DNA of 42,604 nt, taken from IMG/VR virus record IMGVR_UViG_3300016665_000377, positions 1 through 42,604 of that record, one strand, 5' to 3'. Below are positions 1-10,200 of this stretch, piece after piece. Positions within the stretch are counted from its first letter, which is position 1. Each line of letters begins with the position of its first letter. Under the pieces are notes generated by a model that had not been told where the DNA came from, did not search any database, and worked only from the letters and a program-made list of their open reading frames with translations. Origin of the DNA: a virus (taxonomy: Duplodnaviria; Caudoviricetes). Both the position numbers and the translations under genes were made by a program.

Positions 1-462
1 GTGCGGAAGCTGTCGGATGCAGCTATTGGTATTTTGTATGAGCTTTCCAGTAATACAAACGCTAACAACGGCACATTTAATGCTGCTCCAAGTTATTCCG
101 GCTCCGGTAGTGCAACAGGCGCTTATTGGAGTTTCCAAAGCAAAGGAACCCTGATCTCCGGTGTAGTGAGCCCCGCCACCTTTCCAGCTCCTCAAACAGT
201 TGTTCATTCGCAGTTGGCAGACATCAGCGGAGACCTTGCTACCCTTCGCGTCAACGGCACCCAAGTCGGCCAATCCACAGCCGACCAAGGCACAGGCAAC
301 TTCCTCGCCTATCCGCTCTACGTTTGCTCTCGCGCAGGAACATCTCTGTTCTTCAACGGCCAACTCTACTCCTTGATCCTCCGCTTCTCCGCAGCCAACC
401 TCGACGCCGCGACGATCACGGCCACGGAGACGTGGGTCAACGGCAAAACGCGAGCATTCTGA
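1..462 (+). CDS. C-terminal 153 aa (LamG/concanavalin-like) of the virion fibre protein that starts at 41285 and wraps the origin
   Basis: 41285..42604 is exactly 440 codons and continues in frame into GTG at base 1. Beta-rich C-terminus ('LRVNG','FFNGQLYSLILR','TETWVNGKT'). Confidence 0.8.
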   Translation: MRKLSDAAIGILYELSSNTNANNGTFNAAPSYSGSGSATGAYWSFQSKGTLISGVVSPATFPAPQTVVHSQLADISGDLATLRVNGTQVGQSTADQGTGNFLAYPLYVCSRAGTSLFFNGQLYSLILRFSAANLDAATITATETWVNGKTRAF

Positions 463-463
463 C

Positions 464-886
464 ATGGCTGACACCTTCGCCACCTTGATCATCGCGGCCC
501 AAGACGCACCGCTGGCCCGCGAAATCGCTGCGGCCTTCGGGCCGGGAGGCTCTGGCATGTTTACGACCCCGCTCAACGCATCCGGCCTCGACCCCGCGTC
601 TCACTACATCTCCTCTGGCTACATCCCGTCCGAGTTCGTGTCCCTCGCCCCGTCCACCACATGGACGCAGGACGAGGAGGGCAACTGGATCGTCGTGGAT
701 CACTACCCCGGCGATGCGGCCACGGTCTACGCCTACGCCACACAGGCGGGGATCCAGTGTTCGCTGGCCGATGTTGAGGGCGTGTTCAGCCGCAGCGATT
801 GCAGCCCGCAGGAGCCGTTCGTGGCTATGGGGCGGCTCGGGCTGATGATTGTCAATCCGCCGATGGACACGAGCGATGGCCACTAA
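464..886 (+). CDS. Hypothetical virion-associated protein, probable partner of the fibre gene
   Basis: ATG 1 nt after the upstream stop, phage-like codon usage, lies in the structural operon. Confidence 0.7.
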   Translation: MADTFATLIIAAQDAPLAREIAAAFGPGGSGMFTTPLNASGLDPASHYISSGYIPSEFVSLAPSTTWTQDEEGNWIVVDHYPGDAATVYAYATQAGIQCSLADVEGVFSRSDCSPQEPFVAMGRLGLMIVNPPMDTSDGH

Positions 887-1478
887 GACCGAGATATTCA
901 ACCGGGCCCTGATCAAGCTCGGCGTGAACACTGTCACCAGCCCTGACGATCCGTCAGAGCAGGCGCGAAAGTGTTCTGCGGTCTATTCGTCACTGCTCAA
1001 GGCCGAACTGCGCAAGAACCCCTGGACCTTCGCGATCAAGCGCGAAGAGTTGGCTGCCCTGGCCGAAGCACCGGCCTTTGGCTGGCAGTACGCCTATCAG
1101 CTTCCCTCCGATTTCATCCGCGTGGTGCAGATCGGGGAATACTGGGGCTTTAACCAGATCCGCGTGGCGACCGACCAGCCGACCGTGCCCTACACGCTGG
1201 AAGGCCAAAAGATCCTCACCAACTACGCGGCGCCTTTGCGCGTGCGATATGTCCACAACGTCGAGGACGACACCGAGACGTGGGACGACCTGTTCACGGA
1301 GGCCTTCGCCTGCCGGCTGGCGCAGGAAGTGTGCGACAGTCTCACCAAGAACCAGACGAAGATGGCCAACATGGTGCGGGTGTACCGTGACGCCATTGTC
1401 GAGGCAAAGCGGCTCAATGCCATCGAGCTGCCACCTGTCCCGCTGGCCGACAACTCTTGGATTACCACGCGCATATGA
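876..1478 (+). CDS. Tail tubular protein A / head-tail adaptor (T7 gp11-like)
   Basis: MATKTEIFNRALIKLG...PWTFA...YAYQLPSDF motifs, ~200 aa, directly before tubular B. ATG 876 preferred over 849. Confidence 0.85.
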   Translation: MATKTEIFNRALIKLGVNTVTSPDDPSEQARKCSAVYSSLLKAELRKNPWTFAIKREELAALAEAPAFGWQYAYQLPSDFIRVVQIGEYWGFNQIRVATDQPTVPYTLEGQKILTNYAAPLRVRYVHNVEDDTETWDDLFTEAFACRLAQEVCDSLTKNQTKMANMVRVYRDAIVEAKRLNAIELPPVPLADNSWITTRI

Positions 1479-3697
1479 GCAACCGTGTCGTACCAGCATG
1501 GAACAGCTTCAACGCCGGTGAACTCTCGCCCCTCATGGATGGGCGCACGGACCAAGAAAAGTATTTCGCCGGCACCAAGCAGCAACTGAACTTCATTCCG
1601 CGCATCACCGGCCCGACATCGCGCCGTGGCGGCACGCGCTATGTTGGCACGACCAAGGGCAACGGTCCTGTTGATCTTCGCACTTTCGAGTTCTCCGCAG
1701 TGCAGTCCTACGTGCTGGAGTTCGGTGACCAGTACCTGCGCTTCTGGGTCAACCGTGGCCAGCTTCTGAGCGGCGGCTCGCCCTATGAGATCTCGACGCC
1801 CTTCACGGCGGCCAACCTGATCAACTCCGAAGGCACCCCTGCGCTGCGCACGGCGCAGTCGGGCGATGTCATGTGGATCTGTCACGCCGAAGGCGCCGTG
1901 GCCCCTCAGAAGCTGCAGCGGTTCGGGGCCACGAACTGGACAATAACGCCGTCGCCCTTCCTCAACGGCCCGTTCAATGACGTGAACCCGACACAGACGA
2001 TCACCGTCACGGCTTCTGCGGCCACGGGCACGGTCACGCTGACGGCCTCGTCCGCGATCTTCAGCGCCGAGATGGTGGGCACGTCCTTCTACATGGAGAG
2101 CGTCAATCCTGCGGTCATCAAGCCGTGGAAGAGCGGTGCTGCCTACTCGACCCTCAATGCGATCATCCGCTACCAAGGCAACGTCTATCAGGTTACCACC
2201 ACCGGCACGTCTGACGGTGTTCCGCCCGTTCATCTGCGCGGCGTCAGCTCCGATGGCGGTGCGCAGTTCACCTACCTGCATTCCGGCTATGGATGGGTGC
2301 AGATCACCGCCGTGGCCTCTGGAACGTCTGCGACGGCCACGGTCATCAGCCGCCTGCCCGACGAATGCGTCAGCCCGAACACCACCACGCGGTGGGCCAA
2401 GGCGGCCTTCGACAGCGTGCAGGGGTGGCCCACCGCCGTCAGCTTCTACCGCGAGCGCCTTGTCTGGGGCCGCGGGCGCAGCCTGTTCTTCTCGACGGTC
2501 GGCAGCTTTGACGACCACACCACGCGCGAGGGGCCCGACATCACCGTCGCGTCCGCCATCAAGCTCACTTTGGCGGTGGACCGCCTCGACGCGATCCGCT
2601 GGTTGAGCAACAACAACGCCCTGATCCTTTCAGGGTCTAGGAACGAGGTGGCCGTCTCGGAGCAGACGGCGCAGCGCGTGTTCGCCGCCGACAACGTGAA
2701 GGGTGTTCCGCAGACGGAATACGGCGGCCGCCTGTTGCCGGCGCTGCGCGTGGCCGACGCCATCCTGTTTGTGCAGCGCGGCGGCAAGAAGCTGCGCGAG
2801 ATGAAGTATTCTTTCGAAATCGACCGCTTCAAAGCGGACGATCTGACGGTCCTGGCGGACCACATCCTGCAACCGGGTGTGATCGACATGGACTTTGCTC
2901 TGGAGCCCGACAACCTGCTCTGGTGCGCCTTGTCGGATGGAACCGTGGCCGTGCTGATCTATAACCGCGAGCGCGGTGTGGTGGGCTGGGTGCCGGTGAA
3001 AATCGGTGGCGCGACAGAGACAACGGATTATGGCTTCGTGGAGAGCGTTGCTTCTATCGCAGCGCCCGATACCACGCGCGATGATGTGTGGCTGTGCGTG
3101 CGCCGGGTGATCAACGGTTCAACCGTGCGGTATATCGAAGTTGTCGAGAGCAACCGACTTGTGGAGACAGACTCCACAGACGCCTTTTATGTCGATTCCG
3201 GCCTGACCTACAGCGGCACGCCGGTGACGACAATCACAGGCTTGGGCCACTTGGAAGGGCAGACCGTCCAGGTCTGCGCCGATGGCGGCGTCCACGCGGA
3301 TTGCGTGGTGTCGATGGGCCAGATCAGCCTCAACCGGCCGGCGTCCAAGGTGCATGTCGGCCTGGGCTACGCCTCGATCTTGCAGACGATGCGCCCGGAG
3401 GCGGGCGCGCGGGATGGTTCCGGCCAGACCCGGCGCCGTTCGATCAGCAACTGCTTCTTCCGGTTCGACAGCACCATCGGCGGTAAGGTCGGGCCCTCGC
3501 TCGACCGCCTCGACCCGCTGCCGGGTGCCTTTACAAACGCCACGCAAATCGGCGAGATTCCCGGCCTGTTTACAGGAGATCGGGAAGTTACATGGCCTGC
3601 AACCTACGATACGGACGGGTATATCTACGTAGTTCAAGACCAGCCCCTGCCGATGACCGTCGTGGCCATCGTGCCGAGGATGGTCGTCGATGATTGA
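1475..3697 (+). CDS. Tail tubular protein B / nozzle (T7 gp12-like)
   Basis: N-terminal SFNAGELSP, internal GWPTAVSFYRERL, C-terminal QDQPLPMTVVAI; 740 aa; ATGA overlap with the upstream gene. Confidence 0.88.
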   Translation: MSNRVVPAWNSFNAGELSPLMDGRTDQEKYFAGTKQQLNFIPRITGPTSRRGGTRYVGTTKGNGPVDLRTFEFSAVQSYVLEFGDQYLRFWVNRGQLLSGGSPYEISTPFTAANLINSEGTPALRTAQSGDVMWICHAEGAVAPQKLQRFGATNWTITPSPFLNGPFNDVNPTQTITVTASAATGTVTLTASSAIFSAEMVGTSFYMESVNPAVIKPWKSGAAYSTLNAIIRYQGNVYQVTTTGTSDGVPPVHLRGVSSDGGAQFTYLHSGYGWVQITAVASGTSATATVISRLPDECVSPNTTTRWAKAAFDSVQGWPTAVSFYRERLVWGRGRSLFFSTVGSFDDHTTREGPDITVASAIKLTLAVDRLDAIRWLSNNNALILSGSRNEVAVSEQTAQRVFAADNVKGVPQTEYGGRLLPALRVADAILFVQRGGKKLREMKYSFEIDRFKADDLTVLADHILQPGVIDMDFALEPDNLLWCALSDGTVAVLIYNRERGVVGWVPVKIGGATETTDYGFVESVASIAAPDTTRDDVWLCVRRVINGSTVRYIEVVESNRLVETDSTDAFYVDSGLTYSGTPVTTITGLGHLEGQTVQVCADGGVHADCVVSMGQISLNRPASKVHVGLGYASILQTMRPEAGARDGSGQTRRRSISNCFFRFDSTIGGKVGPSLDRLDPLPGAFTNATQIGEIPGLFTGDREVTWPATYDTDGYIYVVQDQPLPMTVVAIVPRMVVDD

Positions 3698-4115
3698 GGT
3701 CATCCCCGCGCGACCGGAAATGGCGAATGCCATTGATTTGCAAGCGGTTCAGCGCATCAGCGGCATGGCCGTAACACCCGAAAACCTGGCCGAGTTCATC
3801 AAGATGGGACCGGCTTTTGCGTGCGTGGACGATAGCGTACTCGCTATCTTGGGCGTGTTTCCGGCGTGGGAGGGCCGCTCTGTAGCATGGGGGCTGCTTT
3901 CTCATAGCATTGGTGCTAGAATGCTCCCCATCCATCGTGCCGTGCTGCGTGGGCTCGATGATCTGTTCAAGGTCCGCCGTGTCGAGGCCTACGTGGCGGC
4001 GGGTCACGAGGAGGGCGCTCGGTGGGTGCGGATGCTGGGGTTTGAGTACGAAGGGTACATGAAGAGCTTTTACGGCGAAGAGGACTACGCGCTCTTCGCT
4101 CGGATCAGGAGTTAG
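3690..4115 (+). CDS. GNAT-fold protein (position of T7 gp13-like virion assembly protein)
   Basis: 'RVEAYV...GARWVRMLGFEYEG' GNAT C-terminal signature; lies between nozzle and ejection genes. Confidence 0.75.
   Translation: MIEVIPARPEMANAIDLQAVQRISGMAVTPENLAEFIKMGPAFACVDDSVLAILGVFPAWEGRSVAWGLLSHSIGARMLPIHRAVLRGLDDLFKVRRVEAYVAAGHEEGARWVRMLGFEYEGYMKSFYGEEDYALFARIRS
3833..3922. promoter_or_regulatory. Cluster of TAGC-N6-GCTA sites with a candidate internal promoter
   Basis: Perfect sites at 3833-3846 and 3905-3918, 1-mismatch site at 3883-3896; extended -10 TGcTAGAAT at 3914-3922. Confidence 0.6.
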
Positions 4116-4117
4116 GG

Positions 4118-4585
4118 ATGGCTTTCATCGGATTGATCGCCTCGCTCGCCGGGAGCGTTGTAAGCGCGATGGGCGCGATGCAGCAGGCAAACGCTGCAGC
4201 CGCAGCCGCAAACTACAATGCCAAGATCCAAGAGCAGAACGCGCAGGTTGCCAAAGAGCAGTCTGCCGCCGTGGCCGGTCAGAAGATCCGCGAGAGCCGC
4301 CAGCGCAGCGCCAACATCGTCGCCGGCACCATGCAGAACGGTTTCGAGGTGGCAGGCTCGCCGCTCGACGTGCTGGGGCAGGCCGAGACGCAGGGCTACA
4401 TGGACTACCTGACGGCCCTCTATGACGGCAAGGTCGCGGCCACGGGTTATCAGAACAACGCCAACCTCTACCGCATGGAAGCGAAGAACGCCAAGGCCGC
4501 CGGGGCTATTGGCGCCGCTTCGGCCATGCTCGGTGGCCTCTCCAGCGCGTACCGCAGTGGCGGTTCGGTTTCTTTGACGGTGTAG
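4118..4585 (+). CDS. Small internal virion (ejection) protein, T7 gp14-like
   Basis: Ala/Gly/Gln-rich, hydrophobic N- and C-terminal segments, 'GSPLDV' motif, first of three increasing-size genes. Confidence 0.75.
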   Translation: MAFIGLIASLAGSVVSAMGAMQQANAAAAAANYNAKIQEQNAQVAKEQSAAVAGQKIRESRQRSANIVAGTMQNGFEVAGSPLDVLGQAETQGYMDYLTALYDGKVAATGYQNNANLYRMEAKNAKAAGAIGAASAMLGGLSSAYRSGGSVSLTV

Positions 4586-4586
4586 C

Positions 4587-7292
4587 ATGGTTCAGACTGT
4601 TCAGATCGAAGATACCGTCCGCCGCACGGTCAGCCCGCAGGTGGGGCTGGCGCCCAACATGGCGGCGAGCAGCAATGCCTTTGGCGGCCAAGTCGGTCGC
4701 GCGCTGCAGGGGCTGGGATCTGAGATCAGTCAGGCGGCCAACTTCTTCATGGCCGAACAGAAGCAGCGCCAGGACTTCGAAACCTCGACCCGCTACATCG
4801 AGCAGCAGAGCGCGAATGCCACGTTGCTGGATGAGAGCGCACGCGCGGCCGAAGGCACCACGGCCAAGGACTTCACCAAGAGCTACATGGCTGAAGTGCG
4901 CAAGCGCAACGAAGCCTTCTTGGCCACGGTGCCCGAGGCTGATCGTCCGCGTTGGAAGTCGAAGCTTGCCGCGGCCGAAGCGCAGCTCTCCCAGCAGGCG
5001 CTGACGACCGAGTTCCAGACCTACGACAAGTTCCAGACGACCAAGCTGATCGAGGCGCAGGACGGATTCCTGAAGGGGATCGACCAGGCGCCTGACGCGC
5101 TGCAGACCTATGTCCAGAACGGCGAATCCTTGATTGACCAGACGAACTGGTCTGACGGGGTGAAGGCGCAGAAGAAGCGCGAGTGGCGCGAGAACGCGAC
5201 ACGCGCCTATGCGCTCGCCCGCATCCGCCAAGATCCCAAGGCCGCAGCGCGCAGCCTTGGCGCTCCTGGCTACAACGTCGGGCCCGCGAACGAGCGGCAG
5301 GCGTATGCCATGAAGAAATTCATGGCGGCGGGCCTGACCAAGGAACAGGCCGCTGGCCTTGTCGGCAACATGATCCAAGAGAGCGGCGGCTCGCTGAAGA
5401 CAACCGCGCGAAACCCGGGCGATGGCCGCGACGGCTCTGACAGCATCGGCATCCTGCAGTGGAACGCCGACCGCGCGCAGCGGCTCAAGGCCTATGCCGC
5501 CTCCAAGGGCACGAGCTGGGACGATTACGACACCCAGCTTGAGTTCATCATTGTCGAACTGAACACGACCGAGAAGGCGGCAGGCGACAAGCTCCGCGCC
5601 GCGCGCACGGCGGAAGAGGCGGCAGGCGCGGCTACCGCCTACATCCGCCCGCAAGGTTCGAACTCCGGTGCCACCGCTTCTCACGGCTGGGTGAACCGCC
5701 GCAACAATGCTTTGCGCCTCGCAGGCGTGGATGTCGGCCAAGTCGAAGTCGATCCGAATCTGGCGGCGCTGTCTTACAAGGATCAGCTTGTCCTGCGCGA
5801 TGCCGCAGTGCAGCAGGATCAGCAGCGGATGCGCGAGCAGAGCGCCGCCGACACCGCTGCCTACAACGAGTTCCGCAATCAACTCTACAGCGATCTTGAT
5901 TTTGGTGACAAAGGCCGCGCTTACGTGGATCAACTCCGCGTCACCGGCGCGATGACAGATTACGAAGACCTGGCCAAGGCGTACTCCATCGTTGACCGTC
6001 GCGAAAAAGAAACCGCCGACTACACGATGTTCTCCAACAAGATCGGAACACCCGGCGCGACCTGGATTCCCTTCGACAAGGCTGATCAGGATGCTGTCGA
6101 GGCGGGTGTGAAGCAGCTTGGCGGGACGCCGCAGGCAGCGTTCGACGTGTGGTCGAAGACGGGCATCTTGGCCAACTCCGGGTCGGCGGCGTTGCGCGGA
6201 GCGTTGATCAGTACGGACATCAATCGGGTCATGTCTGCAGCCACCATCGCTGGCAACATGATGGCCACTAATCCGAATGCCTTTGCTGGTGTTCCAGGGC
6301 AGTCCGAACTCGAAAAAGCCGGCGCGATGTTCAACCAAATGGTCAACGAACGCGGCCTTACGCCGGAAGAGGCTGCAAAGCGCATCGCGCAGGAAAACGA
6401 CCCGCAGTACCGGGCGAAGATCAAGGTCACCGATCAGGCCGTCGCGGACTTCCAGAAGGATCTGTTCAAGTCCGACCAGACAGCGACGATCCTCGACGCC
6501 TTCGACCCCGGCTACCTGTCGAGCGAACCCTTGATGCCGGTTCCGCCTGCCCAGCGGAAGGCGTTGCTTGACGATTTCGTTGAAGCCGCCGCTGACGCCT
6601 ATCGTGTGACGGGCGACCCGGACGCAGCGAAGGCGATGGCCACGGCGGAAATCAAGAAGCAGTGGGGCGTGTCGCGCGGGGCGCTGGTCAAGTTCCCGCC
6701 CGAGAAGGCGTACCCTTCTTCCGGCTCGGAAGACGATCCGCACGGCTATGTCTACGCCCAAGCGGCCGCGGAGGTTCTCGCGGCCACGGGCAAGCCTGTC
6801 ACGTCCGACGATGTGTTTCTTGTGCCGCTCCCCGGCGGCCAAACGGCAGAAGCGTATCGGCAAGGAAAGCTGGCTCCGTACCAGATAATATACCGCAGCG
6901 GCGACTACGGAGCTTTCGACGTGTTGCCCGGGTCCAAGGCCTTCGTGCCTGACGTGAAGGCGGCCCAGGCCGCCGTCTCGACGGAGCGCATGAAGAAGCT
7001 GCAGGAAGAGAACGCGGTCGCCCGGTATCAGGCGTGGCAGGACCAGAAGAAGCAGTACGATCTCCAGAAGGAGATGCAGCAGAACATCATCGACATGGAC
7101 AAGCAGCTTCAGATGCAGAACTTCGGCAGCTACGACCCGACGCGCGGGCCGCAGATGACGCCGCCGCCCGATCTGCCGCCTGAACCGCCCATGCCGCCCT
7201 CGCTGGCCAACCCGCCCGCAGCAATCAATCCGGTGACCGGCGCTCCCGCGTTTGACGCCTACTCCGACCCGATGACAGGATTTATGCCCTGA
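4587..7292 (+). CDS. Internal virion (ejection) protein with phage tail lysozyme domain
   Basis: At ~5290-5720 'QAAGLVGNMIQES...SIGILQW...TQLEFI..EL' lysozyme-like signature; rest helical; Pro-rich C-terminus. Confidence 0.8.
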   Translation: MVQTVQIEDTVRRTVSPQVGLAPNMAASSNAFGGQVGRALQGLGSEISQAANFFMAEQKQRQDFETSTRYIEQQSANATLLDESARAAEGTTAKDFTKSYMAEVRKRNEAFLATVPEADRPRWKSKLAAAEAQLSQQALTTEFQTYDKFQTTKLIEAQDGFLKGIDQAPDALQTYVQNGESLIDQTNWSDGVKAQKKREWRENATRAYALARIRQDPKAAARSLGAPGYNVGPANERQAYAMKKFMAAGLTKEQAAGLVGNMIQESGGSLKTTARNPGDGRDGSDSIGILQWNADRAQRLKAYAASKGTSWDDYDTQLEFIIVELNTTEKAAGDKLRAARTAEEAAGAATAYIRPQGSNSGATASHGWVNRRNNALRLAGVDVGQVEVDPNLAALSYKDQLVLRDAAVQQDQQRMREQSAADTAAYNEFRNQLYSDLDFGDKGRAYVDQLRVTGAMTDYEDLAKAYSIVDRREKETADYTMFSNKIGTPGATWIPFDKADQDAVEAGVKQLGGTPQAAFDVWSKTGILANSGSAALRGALISTDINRVMSAATIAGNMMATNPNAFAGVPGQSELEKAGAMFNQMVNERGLTPEEAAKRIAQENDPQYRAKIKVTDQAVADFQKDLFKSDQTATILDAFDPGYLSSEPLMPVPPAQRKALLDDFVEAAADAYRVTGDPDAAKAMATAEIKKQWGVSRGALVKFPPEKAYPSSGSEDDPHGYVYAQAAAEVLAATGKPVTSDDVFLVPLPGGQTAEAYRQGKLAPYQIIYRSGDYGAFDVLPGSKAFVPDVKAAQAAVSTERMKKLQEENAVARYQAWQDQKKQYDLQKEMQQNIIDMDKQLQMQNFGSYDPTRGPQMTPPPDLPPEPPMPPSLANPPAAINPVTGAPAFDAYSDPMTGFMP

Positions 7293-10200
7293 TGCCGCTG
7301 ATCGATGTCGAGCCGCTTCCCTACGACTTCCCCACCGGGCAGACGCGCGTGGCTGAACCGCCGCCTGCGGACGACACGGCGGCGTGGAACATCGGTGACA
7401 CGGTCGCAGCGGCGTTTCGGCAGAACAACGCAGTGGCCTCCTTCCTGTCGAACAAGACGCTCGGCGTGGACAATTCCATCGATCCGACCTTCGACGTGGT
7501 GAAGGACATTCAGGGCACCAAGTATGAGCCCTATGCGGACGCCTTCGTTGATGCGCTGAACCCGCGCTACGCCGCCGCGATCAAGCAGCAGATCGACATG
7601 GAAGAGGATGACCGGAAAACCCTGATGGGGTCGGGGTGGGCGGGAACGCTGGCCGGTATTGCCGGCGGCGTTCTCGACCCTTCCATCCTCATCCCCTATG
7701 TCGGCACGGCCAAAAAGGTTGCCGGCGGCTACAGCATAGCAAAAGGGCTACTTCTCGGCGCAGGCAATGCAGCCTTGGGCGTGGCCGCGCAGGAGGCCAT
7801 GCTGCAGGGCTCTCAGGCCACGCGCACGGCTGAAGAGAGCGCCGTCAACATCGGGTTCGGCGTGGTGCTGGGCGGGCTTGTCGGCAGCGGCGCCGCAGCT
7901 TTGATGAGCAAGGCAGAGCAGAAGGCTGTGCAGGGGGCTTATGACCGCCTGCTGGCCACCGGGGGCAGGAACCCCGGTCAGCCTGCCGGTGTCGGCGCGG
8001 ACGCCGTCTGGAAGCCCACCGTCGAGGATCTTACCATCGCGGGCACCGCCGCAAACAAGGTCGCCGCGGCGACACAGTTCAACCCCGTCCTCCGCTCCAA
8101 CTTCCGGGCGTCCGCAGGGGTGCGCGAGGCCGCGCAGCTCCTTGCGGAAAACACCGTCTACCAAGGCATGCACGCCGAAGGGCGGACGCTGGGCGCGGCG
8201 GCCGAGACGCTGGCGCGCATGGAATCCGAGGCTGCTCTCGCGCGCGCCACAACTTCCAGCGATGACCTCTTCAGGAACATGCGCAAGGCGGGCGTAAAGA
8301 TGTCGCGCCAGGACTTCGAAGACGCCATCGGGCAGGCTCTGCGCAACGGCGATCAGGGTGTGAACGAGTTCGTCACGCAAGCCGCGCGGGCGTGGCGCGA
8401 GCAGGTGTTCGACCCGTTCAAGAACCGCGCCATCGAGGCGGGGCTGCTTCCCGAAGACGTGAGCATCGACACCGCCATGTCCTACTTCTCCCGTCGCTAC
8501 GATCAGGAAATGATGACGGCGCGCGAGCAGGAGTTCAAGGCGCGGGTCATGCCCGTGATTGAACAGCAGGTGCGCGAAAAATTTACCGCGGATGTCGAGC
8601 GCGTGAACCAGAGGCTGGCGGACATCGACCAGCAGCTTGCGGACATCAAGCTGTCGCCCGAGGAACGTGCCGCCGTGCTGGCCGATCTGGAGAAGCAGGG
8701 CAACGACCTCGATCTCGCCAATGTCGAACAGGTCGAGAAATGGTCTGAGGTGACGGCGCTTCGCCAGCAGGCAAAAGCCGCGAAGGAAAGCGGCGACACG
8801 GTCAAGGCGGCCACGCTGCTGAAGCAGGCCAAGGACATCCTCGATGGGGCTGGCGATCCGCTCAAGCGTTACCTGAAGGCCCGCACGAAGCTGCGCCGCC
8901 GCTTTAAGACGGTGGACCTGAACTTTGCCGGTCTGGAGGATCGCGCGCAGCGCATCCAGCAGCGGCTGGTCGATCTGGAGGACCGCACTCAGCGCGGCCT
9001 GCAACGCCTCATCGCCCGTGGCCGTGTCGCTGAACGCAAGCTCTCGCGAATGCCGTCTGAAGAGCAACTCGCGGCAGAACTCGACGGGATGGAGCAGGCC
9101 TTCCGCGACACGCTGGGCCGCTCGGAGAAGGCACAACAGGCGCACGTCGAGGCCATCGAGAAGATCCGCGAAGAGGGCCGCGCCCGCCAGCTTGAACTGG
9201 AAAAGCAGGCGAAGGATCTCAAGACCCGCGCGAAGGAGGCCAAGGGCAAAGGCGATCTGAAGCAGCCCGAACTGGAACAGCGCGCCTACGAGGCCAGGGT
9301 CAAAGCCGCGGAGGCGAAGACCAAGGCAGAAGAACGCATCATCGCGCGCATCGAGCGCATGGCGCAGGCGGAAGCCAACCGGGCCGGCCAGCTTCGCCGG
9401 CTGACGGAGCGCATCGAGGCGGCCAAGGGTGTCGATCTGCAGGCCATGCGGGAAGAGGTTCAGCGCGGCATTGACCAACTGGTGGCCGAGACGGCTGACA
9501 CGGCGCTTGCGCGCGGTGAGCGCGCCCAGCGTCTGCAGGAGAAGCTCGCAGATCTCGACCCTGAAAAGCTGAAGGAGCGCGCAGCTTCGCTAGAACGCAT
9601 GAAGCGCGAGGTGGAGCAGAAGTTCTACGAGAACTGGGAACAGCGCCACATGGGCGAGGGCGTGAGCCTGGGCGCGAAGCGCGCACCGGCTGAACCGCCG
9701 CCGAAAGCGGGCATGATTCGCGTCTATCATAGCGGTTCGGCGGGCGAAGGATCGTCTGGTCGCTGGGTCAGTTCCGACCGGCGCTATGCCTCCGATTATC
9801 GGCCAGATCTCCCGCTGTACTATCTGGACCTTCCGGCAAACGATGCGCGGTTGGCTCCTGATGAGTTTTCTCCAGAGCAAACCGTGGCCAACGGTTTCAC
9901 CCGGAATTTCGAACTCACGCCGGATGAAGCTGCACGCTTGCAGGAGATTCGTCGGCCTGACGATCCATTGAGCGTCGGCAGCAAGATGGAAGCTGAAAAA
10001 GGAGCGGCGCGCACCCCTGACTTCAGCGAGGCGGCGCGCATGGTCGTGGACGAGGTGTTCGACAAGATCACCGGCCGCGCCGTCAGCCCCGATGGCAGTT
10101 CTCTGCCCGAGTACATCACGCCGATCACGCGCGGACCCATGAAGGACCGCACCTTCAACGTGCCCGATGCGCTGCTCGTGGGGAACCGGGATCTCGGCGA

